From positions 1 through 24,649 of the forward strand of contig JBDHJS010000050.1 of NCBI GenBank assembly GCA_039586795.1: a stretch of DNA of 24,649 nucleotides. Direction: 5' to 3'. The DNA comes from Gemmatimonadota bacterium (GTDB lineage: Bacteria; Gemmatimonadota; Gemmatimonadetes; Palauibacterales; KS3-K002). A program made the position numbers and the translations under genes. Position 1 is the stretch's first letter. Every line of letters begins with the position of its first letter. The notes beneath the pieces are model-generated. The model had not been told where the DNA came from. It worked only from the letters and a program-made list of their open reading frames with translations, and searched no databases. Below, piece by piece: positions 9,198 through 16,879 of the stretch.

Positions 9198-9203
9198 AGT
9201 ATA
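9198..9203 (-). promoter_or_regulatory. Candidate sigma70-type -10 element for the beta-propeller lipoprotein gene
   Basis: TATACT on the minus strand (AGTATA on +) in an AT-rich patch about 90 bp upstream of the ATG. No convincing -35. Confidence 0.35.
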
Positions 9204-9359
9204 GGGCGACGTCATCGCCGTCACCTAGGGACGCACCGGCACGGCGGCCTGGAACACATTTGTGCCCATTCCACTTTGCTATTCAGAGATCGCGCCTGGC
9301 CGGTCGGCGAGCGCGTCGATCTATGCGATGTTGGGCAGTCTTCTAGCCCTGTCTCACTC

Positions 9360-9947
9360 TCACACGTCTTCGTTGACAGGCACGCCGCAGACGGTACCGC
9401 TGATCGAGCTCGATGACGAACCGGCTGTCGCATACAGGATCGTTAGATTGATCGCGCAGAATCGACCGTTCAGCGACAGCGCACCGCCAATCCGCACCGT
9501 CTGCTGCGTCGCCGGCACTCCGCCCAGCCACGTGAAAGAACCGGTGACCGTCAAGTAGGGATCGCCGTTGGCCACGTAGTTCACGCCGGCCGCCTCCACG
9601 CCGCAGTCCGTGTAGGTGGCCAGGACTTGAAGCCAGGCGGAGCCCGATCCTGTCTCGCTGTCGAACGAGCCGGTCAGGCTACCGCTGACCCCGATGTTGC
9701 CTCCCGCGGGACAGGCATGGGTCCTGGATAGTTGGACGTTGATGGCGACGGGTGCCGCCACGGACGGGTTGGGGGCCGGCGATTCGAGTGCCGAGACTGT
9801 GGAGGCAAGCACCACGTTCGCCAGCGCAAGGGCGCCTTCGTCACTGATCGCGCTACTCGGCCCTGTCGATTCGTCATCGCCGCAGCCGGCCGTGAGGCAC
9901 GCGATCACGGCGGGGAGTAGGGGTATCAAAACGGTGGGCCTTCGCAT
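9360..9947 (-). CDS. Hypothetical Cys-containing, beta-rich lipoprotein (195 aa)
   Basis: AGGAGG SD at 9960-9955 (minus strand) 7 nt before ATG 9947, so the start is MRRPTVLIP rather than the track start at 9971. Lipobox CLTAGC. Alternating beta-strand pattern. Four mature-region Cys (HACPAGG, YTDCG, RFCAI, TVCG). Confidence 0.8.
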   Translation of the reverse strand: MRRPTVLIPLLPAVIACLTAGCGDDESTGPSSAISDEGALALANVVLASTVSALESPAPNPSVAAPVAINVQLSRTHACPAGGNIGVSGSLTGSFDSETGSGSAWLQVLATYTDCGVEAAGVNYVANGDPYLTVTGSFTWLGGVPATQQTVRIGGALSLNGRFCAINLTILYATAGSSSSSISGTVCGVPVNEDV

Positions 9948-10135
9948 CGTCTTTCCTCCTGCCTTGAACATTGAGAGCGTCCGGTGGCGGGACCCGGGAG
10001 GACAGATGCGACGGGGGTTGGACTAGTTACACTTGTCGAGATCCCCGGTTCCGAGGGTTGGCGGATCGCCTTGTGAAACAGGGGTTCTACAGCGGACGTA
10101 CTTGTGTTCAGACCATGAGCAAAGAGGCCACTACC

Positions 10136-11368
10136 ATGGACCGCACGCACTACGCCCGGATCGGCACGTCAACCGCTCTCCTCATTCTCGCTATGAACCT
10201 CGCCGCACAAGCTCAGGACTCCGGTCTCGTCGAGCGGATGAACCGCCGTCTGGAGAGCGCCCGTGATGAGCTCATCGAGACGCGCCGTGACCTGCACCGT
10301 CACCCGGAGGTTTCCGGCCAGGAGGAGCGTACGGCCGGCATCGTGGCGGCCCGGTTGCGTGCACTCGGTCTGGAGGTTCAGACGGGCGTCGGCGGACACG
10401 GCGTGGTCGGTATACTGAGAGGCGGGAGTCCTGGGTCCGTGGTTGCGTACCGGGCGGACATGGATGCGATTCGCTCCGATGCGCCGGACCCCGTGCCCTT
10501 CGCGTCAGAGACGCCAGGCGTTCGTCACATCTGCGGCCACGACATCCACACGACCACCGCACTCGCTCTTGCTGAAGCTCTTTCGGAAGTTCGGAACGAT
10601 CTTCCAGGCACGGTGAAGTTCATCTTCCAGCCCGCCGAGGAGAACATCCGCGGCGCCCGGGCGATGATCGATGAAGGCGTCCTGGAAGACCCGGCGCCAA
10701 CCGCAATCTTCGCTTATCACTCGGCCCCGCTGGAGGTCGGACAGATCGGCAGCGTAGAAGGTTTGTCGCTACCGGGTCTCGACCGGGTCATCGTAACCGT
10801 GCGCGGTGAAGGTGACTTGCAAGGAGCCGCGCGATCTTACCTGCGAGCGGTCAGCGCCGTGAGTACAGGCATGGAAGTGGCGCCAAACGAGTTCGTCGCC
10901 GCAATGATGGGCCCGCCGAGACCAGATGCCGACAGTAACGAGTTGGTATTATCGGGCATGGTTCGATCGGGGAGCCCTGAAGCGCGAGCCCGGGCGCGCG
11001 CTGCCATCGAGGAAGGCTTGGCAGCAGTCGACGCCGAGGGCGTATCGTACGACCTCACCTACGACGAGCAGGCGCTCCCTGACATGGTCAACGACGTTGA
11101 GCTGGTCCGTTCGACCCTGCCGACGATTCGGTCGGTGGTCGGCGATGGTTTACTCGAGGTCAATCAGGTGACGCCGTACTTCAGCGAAGACTTCGCATAC
11201 TTCCAGCAGCATATCCCCGGGGCCATGTACTGGCTGGGCGTGTCGAACAGCGAGCTTGGCTACGTGGGCATGCCGCACAGCCCCGGCTTCGTCGCCGACG
11301 AGGAGTCGATCATCATCGGGGCACGAGTGATGGCCGCCGTGCTGCTCGATTATCTCGAAACCCACTGA
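10136..11368 (+). CDS. Peptidase M20D / amidohydrolase family protein with N-terminal signal peptide
   Basis: Motifs RRDLHRHPE, RADMDA, HICGHD, FIFQPAEE, AYH, SEDFAYF, PHSP. AAAGAGG SD at 10121-10127 supports ATG 10136. Signal peptide MDRTHYARIGTSTALLILAMNLAAQA. Confidence 0.9.
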   Translation: MDRTHYARIGTSTALLILAMNLAAQAQDSGLVERMNRRLESARDELIETRRDLHRHPEVSGQEERTAGIVAARLRALGLEVQTGVGGHGVVGILRGGSPGSVVAYRADMDAIRSDAPDPVPFASETPGVRHICGHDIHTTTALALAEALSEVRNDLPGTVKFIFQPAEENIRGARAMIDEGVLEDPAPTAIFAYHSAPLEVGQIGSVEGLSLPGLDRVIVTVRGEGDLQGAARSYLRAVSAVSTGMEVAPNEFVAAMMGPPRPDADSNELVLSGMVRSGSPEARARARAAIEEGLAAVDAEGVSYDLTYDEQALPDMVNDVELVRSTLPTIRSVVGDGLLEVNQVTPYFSEDFAYFQQHIPGAMYWLGVSNSELGYVGMPHSPGFVADEESIIIGARVMAAVLLDYLETH

Positions 11369-11386
11369 AGCGAACATCATCACCGC

Positions 11387-14300
11387 TCAACTCCGCAAAG
11401 CTGCGGCATACGCCGACGGCGACATTCCGTATCGCACCCGAAACCGCCGACAGAAGTGTGACACGCTTTTGAACCCGACCCCGTAAGCAATCTCGCTCAC
11501 CGTCCCGGCCTTGGCGATGAGCAGATCGGCGCCCCGTTCCAACCTGAACTGCTGGATCATCTCGCTGGGCGATTGGTCGGTCAGCTCCTGCAACCGCCGG
11601 TAGAGCTGGGATCGGCTCTGCGAGACGGCGGTGGCCAGCGCGTCGACGCTGAAGTCGCTGTCCGCCACGTGCGCTTCGAGGACGGCCCGCACACTCTCCA
11701 GAAAGGTCTCATCACGCGAGGGCAAGTCGACGGGCCCGGGGCGGAGCTCGGTTCGCTGCTGAAACCGCTCGCGCAAACGCTGGCGCGAGGCGATGAGGTT
11801 GCCGACCCGGGCTACCAGCTCGATGGCGTCGAACGGCTTCGTCAGATAATCGTCTGCGCCGCCGGACAAACCCTCGATCTTGTGTTCCTGGTCCGCCCGA
11901 GCAGTCAGCAGGATGAGTGGCACGAACTCCAGCTCGGGGTCGGATTTCACCGCCTGACAAAGCGCGTGGCCATCGAGGCCCGGCATCATGATGTCGCTAA
12001 CGATGCAGTCGGGAACGACCTGGCGCGCCAGGCTTAGCCCGTCGTCGCCTGCCGCCGCCTGGACGACACGGTATGAGGCGGTCTCCAGGTGCTTGACGAC
12101 GTAGGCGCGAAGCTCGGCGTTGTCGTCAATCAGCAAGACGGTGGGAGAATCGAGAGCGCCGTTCTCGACCTGCTCGTTGGCCGGATGCTCCATCCCAATC
12201 TCGAGCTCGGCCATGGAGCTGAACTCGTACTCCGTTTCGGGGATGGCCGCCTCCGTCGGCTCGGCCAGCTGCGAGGCATCGAAGTGGGCCTTCCCCAGCG
12301 GCAGCGTCACGGTCAAGGTCGCGCCGAACCCCTCCTCGCTCTCGGCCTCGATGCGACCGCCGTGCAGCTCCAGCAGTTCGCGGGCCAGCGATAGCCCCAG
12401 CCCGGTGCCGTCTTGCGTATCGTCGGCCCCGGTCGCCCGGTGGAAGCGCTCGAAGATCTGGGTCAGATCCTCGGCCGGAATCCCAGGACCGCTGTCCTTC
12501 ACCTGCACGGTCACGTACCCCTCGGGCATATCGGTAAAGTCGGGGTGCCCGGGCACCGGGATGGTCGGCCGAACCGAGACGCGAACGGCTCCACCCTCGG
12601 GCGTGTACTTGAGCGCGTTCCCCACCAGGTTCGTGAACACCTTCTCCAGCAGATCGGGGTCGAAGTAGACCTCGCACGCTTCACGCGGTTCGTCGAGTCG
12701 GACCCCGATGCGTTTGCGCTCGGCCAGCGGCGAAAGGGCGAGCAGCAAACCCCTAAGGAACCCGGTGATGTCGCCGGGCTCCGCCTGGATGTGAACGCGG
12801 TTCGCTTCGAGCCGCGCGATGTCGAGCAGCTGGTTGACCAGGTTCAGCAAGCGCTGCGCGTTTCGCTGTGCCAGCGAGAGCTCCCGATCGATCTCGGGCG
12901 TCACCTCGCCGTGCAAACCGGCACGTACGTCGTCCAGCGGCCCGATCATCAGTGTGAGCGGCGTTCGGAACTCGTGTGAGACGTTGGCGAAGAAGTGCGA
13001 CTTGGCGGCGTCCAGCTCTTTTAACTGCGTAGACTGAGCTTCTATCGTCGCGGTACGCTCGGCAACGCGCCGCTCCAGTTGGCGCTCGCGTCGCTTATGG
13101 CGCAGATCGAGGACGCGAAGCGCGACCAGCCCAACCGCGAGAAAGACGATGGCGAACAACGCCCTGAACCACATTGTTTCGTAGAAATACGGCGCCACGA
13201 TAAGCGCCAGCTCAGAATCTGCGTCGTACCAGGTTCCGTCTCCCGTCGTGGCGCGTACCCGGAACGAGTAGCTTCCCGGCGGCACGTTGGTGAAGAAGGC
13301 GGTACGGCGATTCCCAGCTTCGACCCAATCCTGCTGGAAACCGTCGAGTCGATACTGGAAGCGCAGGTTGTCCGGTGCCAGAAAGCTGAGGGCCGTGTAG
13401 GAGATTTCGAGATCCCGTTGACGCGGTTCGAGTTCTAGCTGGGTGTAGCTCGGTTGACCGGTGAGCATCAAGCGCGTCTCTTCGGCCCTGACCTCCTCTA
13501 CCCTCACCGGTATCGGCTCGGCGGAGCGATGGGTCGCGGCCGGGTCAACGACCGCCGCGCCCGCCTGCATCGCGAACCAAAGACGACCATCGCTTGCCAC
13601 GATGGCGGGTGATTGCACGCCACCGTTCGCCTCCCGATTTCGCAGGCCGTCCCGCTCCGTATATGAGATCGAGTGGATGCCGCTCGCCCGACCCGCCGCG
13701 AAATCCTCCAGGTCAGAGCGCAGCACCCAGAAGATCCCTCGGTTACTGCTCATCCAGTAACGGCCGGTGCCGTCGTCGAGGATCGCGTGCACGCCGTCGG
13801 CGTACAGCCCGTCGCGTCGTCGGATCACGGTTATCGTCGCTTCCGACAACTCCGTCACCGGCGCGCCCGCGGCGTCAACCAAATGCACCCGGTTGAGACC
13901 CCGGTCTTCTGTCCCGATCCACATCACGCCGGCTTCGTCTTCATGGATCGAGCGCACCAGGTCGCTGGACAGCCCGTCAGTGGCCGTGAGGCTCTCGAAG
14001 CGTCCGTCCTGGTAGCGCGCCACGCCGCCACCGTTGGTCCCGAACCATAGGGACCCGTCCCGCGCTTCGTGAATCACTCGCACAAAGTCGTGAGGCAGTC
14101 CGCTCTCAGAGGTGAAGTGCTCCACGACGCCTTCCGAGTTGCGGTACAGTCCGCGGTCGGTCCCGAACCACATCGCCCCCGACGGATCCTGGTAGATCGC
14201 TTTCACCGTGTGACCGCTGAGAAACGGGATGTAACGCGCGCAGCGTAGATCCTCCACCTCGCAGGCCCCGTAACTGAGCCTCCCAGCCCATAGCCGACCT

Positions 14301-15571
14301 TCCCGATCTTCGAAGATCGTCTGGGGCAGGCCGATCCAGTCGTTCTCCTTGAGGCGGAAGCGGTTCTGCTCGTACACCACGAGTCCGCTGACCAGCGAGC
14401 CCATCCAGATCCGCCCCTGCGAGTCCTCGATGATCGGATAGACGTTGGCAGCGGCGCCTTCCTCGGCCCCGTACACCTGAAATAGCGCCGGCTTGAGTCG
14501 GTGCAGCCCATCGGCGGCGATCCATAGACTGCCCTCGTGATCGAACGCGATGGACGCGATCCGGAAGCTGCCCTCGAATACCAGCTCTTCATTTCGATAG
14601 AGCCGTTCTTGGATCGCGAGCCAGCGATCGCCCCGCTGATCGACGACGAGCGAGACCGGCCCGGAGCTCGTCACGTTGATGTCCGGTCGAAGGACCCGCA
14701 GTTCGCTGTCGAGGAGCGTGAACAAGCCCTCGTCACTTACCACGAGCAACGAATCGGCGCCGAGAGGCAGCATCGAGCGCACGAAGATCTGGTCGGCTCC
14801 TGGAGGGAGCAGACTCGTCACGGACCCGCCCCGGTAGGCGAGTATGGAGACGCCCGTGCCGATGAAGACTGTGCCATCCGTCGCTTCGGCGAACGTCGAC
14901 GCCAGCGAGCTCTTCGGGCCGTCCCCCTGTGCCATCACGCTGCTGACGTTGCCTCCCTGCCAGCGCTGAGCCCCCCAGCCGTCCGTGCCGATCCACACTG
15001 CGCCGCCGGCGTCCAAGAACAGCTCCGTAACCGGAAGGCGCAGCGATTCATCCCCTAAGTGCTCCAGCAGCTCGTCCCGCATCACGAAGACGCCCCGGTT
15101 GGTGCGTACCCACAGGGTCCCCTCAGAGTCGAACTGGATCGCCCCGATCGCCGTTCCTCGCTGTTCTTCGCCCAGTCCGTAGACTGCGAATTCGCCGTCC
15201 ACCCACCGCACGACATAGTCGAACTCCGCGGCCGCCCAAACGCTGCCATCCGGGCCAGCGATAATCGAAACGAATCGATTGGTGGGTAGCTCTGGATGGC
15301 TGGATGTGTTGAAGACGGTGAAGCGGGCGCCGTCGAAGCGAATCAACCCATCAAAGCTCGCCAACCACAGGTAACCGTCCCGCGGCTGGATCACGCCGTT
15401 CAGGTGACTGAGGGGGAGTCCGTCCTCGATCGTCCACACCTCGTGGACGAGACCGCTCGCCTCCGCTAGGCGGGCGGCGTGGGGATCGGGGGCCTGCGGC
15501 CAGGCCATACCAGGGGCGCTGACCAAGGCCACGAGCAGCAAGGCGGGCCGAAAGGCTGACGGTCGGGGCAT
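11387..15571 (-). CDS. Hybrid two-component system (HTCS): Reg_prop beta-propellers, Y_Y_Y, TM, HisKA, HATPase, REC, AraC HTH
   Basis: Signal peptide. Repeats DGYLWLAS..GLIRFDG, IIEDSQGRIWMG, IYQDPSGAMWFGT, IHEARDGSLWFGT. Y_Y_Y FQYRLDGF..DW...AFFTNVPPGSYSFRVRA. TM after PYFYETMWF. H-box NVSHEFRTPLT, N-box NLVGNALKYT, DSGPGI, GTGLGL. REC SDIMMP...YLTKPF. AraC VSEIAYGVGFKSVSHFCRRFR..YGMSPS. Confidence 0.95.
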   Translation of the reverse strand: MPRPSAFRPALLLVALVSAPGMAWPQAPDPHAARLAEASGLVHEVWTIEDGLPLSHLNGVIQPRDGYLWLASFDGLIRFDGARFTVFNTSSHPELPTNRFVSIIAGPDGSVWAAAEFDYVVRWVDGEFAVYGLGEEQRGTAIGAIQFDSEGTLWVRTNRGVFVMRDELLEHLGDESLRLPVTELFLDAGGAVWIGTDGWGAQRWQGGNVSSVMAQGDGPKSSLASTFAEATDGTVFIGTGVSILAYRGGSVTSLLPPGADQIFVRSMLPLGADSLLVVSDEGLFTLLDSELRVLRPDINVTSSGPVSLVVDQRGDRWLAIQERLYRNEELVFEGSFRIASIAFDHEGSLWIAADGLHRLKPALFQVYGAEEGAAANVYPIIEDSQGRIWMGSLVSGLVVYEQNRFRLKENDWIGLPQTIFEDREGRLWAGRLSYGACEVEDLRCARYIPFLSGHTVKAIYQDPSGAMWFGTDRGLYRNSEGVVEHFTSESGLPHDFVRVIHEARDGSLWFGTNGGGVARYQDGRFESLTATDGLSSDLVRSIHEDEAGVMWIGTEDRGLNRVHLVDAAGAPVTELSEATITVIRRRDGLYADGVHAILDDGTGRYWMSSNRGIFWVLRSDLEDFAAGRASGIHSISYTERDGLRNREANGGVQSPAIVASDGRLWFAMQAGAAVVDPAATHRSAEPIPVRVEEVRAEETRLMLTGQPSYTQLELEPRQRDLEISYTALSFLAPDNLRFQYRLDGFQQDWVEAGNRRTAFFTNVPPGSYSFRVRATTGDGTWYDADSELALIVAPYFYETMWFRALFAIVFLAVGLVALRVLDLRHKRRERQLERRVAERTATIEAQSTQLKELDAAKSHFFANVSHEFRTPLTLMIGPLDDVRAGLHGEVTPEIDRELSLAQRNAQRLLNLVNQLLDIARLEANRVHIQAEPGDITGFLRGLLLALSPLAERKRIGVRLDEPREACEVYFDPDLLEKVFTNLVGNALKYTPEGGAVRVSVRPTIPVPGHPDFTDMPEGYVTVQVKDSGPGIPAEDLTQIFERFHRATGADDTQDGTGLGLSLARELLELHGGRIEAESEEGFGATLTVTLPLGKAHFDASQLAEPTEAAIPETEYEFSSMAELEIGMEHPANEQVENGALDSPTVLLIDDNAELRAYVVKHLETASYRVVQAAAGDDGLSLARQVVPDCIVSDIMMPGLDGHALCQAVKSDPELEFVPLILLTARADQEHKIEGLSGGADDYLTKPFDAIELVARVGNLIASRQRLRERFQQRTELRPGPVDLPSRDETFLESVRAVLEAHVADSDFSVDALATAVSQSRSQLYRRLQELTDQSPSEMIQQFRLERGADLLIAKAGTVSEIAYGVGFKSVSHFCRRFRVRYGMSPSAYAAALRS

Positions 15572-15578
15572 GGCAGTA

Positions 15579-15584
15579 AATATA
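15579..15584 (-). promoter_or_regulatory. Candidate -10 element of a leaderless HTCS transcript
   Basis: Minus strand reads TATATT-tactgcc-ATG: a -10 hexamer 7 nt before the start codon, with no SD. Confidence 0.5.
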
Positions 15585-15712
15585 GACTGTCCCTCGTTTC
15601 CCGCACGTCACGGAGGTTGCAAATCGTGGTCTCCTCGTGCCAGGAGCCCCGTGGGACAGGGAACGCAACGTCGCTGCAAGCCTTCAGCCCAACCGCTCGC
15701 CAGATTCCGCGT

Positions 15713-16138
15713 ATGGGAACAGGCCTTGTGGTGCTCATCGCGGAGAACGATCAGGATATGCGCGGCTACGTCCGGCGCTGTATCGAGAACCACAACGTGC
15801 AAATCGCGGAGTTCATCGAGGTTCGCGACGGGCGCGAAGCGCTCGACATCGCCCGCGGGAGACACATCGACCTGCTGATCAGCGACGGCGCGATGCCGCG
15901 ACTCGACGGCTTCGCGCTCTGCAGGGCCGTTCATCGCGAGGCGGCCGACGGCCACCCGAGAGTGCTCGTGATCACCGGCCAGTTCGACCGCAAGGATGCG
16001 GAGCGCCAAGCGCGTGCCGCGGGTGCGGACGGCCTGCTGCTGAAACCCTTCAACGCGCGGACTCTGTGCGAAAAGATCGACGAAGTCCTGAGCTTCCGTT
16101 CACCACCGAGTAACCTTAGCCCCAACCAAGGAGGTTAG
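15713..16138 (+). CDS. Stand-alone (CheY-like) response regulator receiver protein
   Basis: VLIAEND acidic pocket, phospho-acceptor LLISDGAMP, VITG, LLKPF. The REC fold begins just after ATG 15713; the 32 upstream codons from the track start at 15617 look non-coding. Confidence 0.88.
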   Translation: MGTGLVVLIAENDQDMRGYVRRCIENHNVQIAEFIEVRDGREALDIARGRHIDLLISDGAMPRLDGFALCRAVHREAADGHPRVLVITGQFDRKDAERQARAAGADGLLLKPFNARTLCEKIDEVLSFRSPPSNLSPNQGG

Positions 16139-16139
16139 C

Positions 16140-16832
16140 ATGTCTGAGCAAACCTATAACGACCTTTTACCGAACCCAGGGTTCGAAGTCGAGAAGGGAA
16201 AGACGGCGCTTGTCGTCACCGACCCGCAACGCGACTTCCTCTCCGAGGACGGCGTCGTATGGGAAGTCGTGGGACCGAGCGTCAAAGAGAACGACACGGT
16301 CGAACACCTGCGGCAGCTTCTCTCGGCCGCCCACGACGCCGGCATCCCCGTCTTCATCTCTCCCCACTACTACTACCCGCAAGACAAGAAGTGGAACTTC
16401 GGCGGGGCGCTGGAGAAGATGATGCACGCGGTTGGGATGTTCGACCGCGAGGGTGCGCTGACCACGAATGGCTTCAGTGGCTCGGGCGCCGACTGGCACG
16501 AGCCGCTCAAGTCGCTCATCGACCGAGACGACGTCATCGTAACGAGCCCGCACAAAGTATATGGACCCGAATCAAACGACCTAGTGCTCCAGCTCCGCAA
16601 GCGCGGGATCGACAAAGTCATCCTCGCCGGGATGTCCGCCAACCTGTGCGTCGAGGCGCACCTCCGCGAGCTGACCGAGCAGGGATTCGAGGTGTCCGTG
16701 GTGAAGGACGCCACGGCGGGGGCCAAGCTCCCGGGTGGCGACTTCTACCAGGCGGCGTTGCTGAACTTCCGCATGATCGCCAGCGCCGTCATGTCGACGG
16801 ACGAAGCGATCAGCGCGATGAACGGATCCTAG
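16140..16832 (+). CDS. Isochorismatase / cysteine hydrolase family protein
   Basis: TALVVTDPQRDF (catalytic Asp), PHKVY (Lys), GMSANLCVEAH (Cys), VVKDATA. AAGGAGG SD inside the end of the REC gene; 1-bp gap after the REC stop. Confidence 0.92.
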   Translation: MSEQTYNDLLPNPGFEVEKGKTALVVTDPQRDFLSEDGVVWEVVGPSVKENDTVEHLRQLLSAAHDAGIPVFISPHYYYPQDKKWNFGGALEKMMHAVGMFDREGALTTNGFSGSGADWHEPLKSLIDRDDVIVTSPHKVYGPESNDLVLQLRKRGIDKVILAGMSANLCVEAHLRELTEQGFEVSVVKDATAGAKLPGGDFYQAALLNFRMIASAVMSTDEAISAMNGS

Positions 16833-16879
16833 AGCAGGGGTAAACCGATGCTGCCTCAGGCACGAAAGGGTCCAGATCG

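Noticed and set aside
9971..10135. Track start of the M20 gene at 9971, and likewise the extended starts at 9971 (minus strand), 15617 and 21693
   Set aside because: The extensions lack family similarity. Downstream ATGs (10136, 9947, 15713, 21789) fit SD sites, signal peptides or domain boundaries better.
15651..15667. GG-N10-GC pattern (TGGGACAGGGAACGCA) as a sigma54 promoter
   Set aside because: Poor match to TGGCAC-N5-TTGC, and no enhancer-binding protein in the window.
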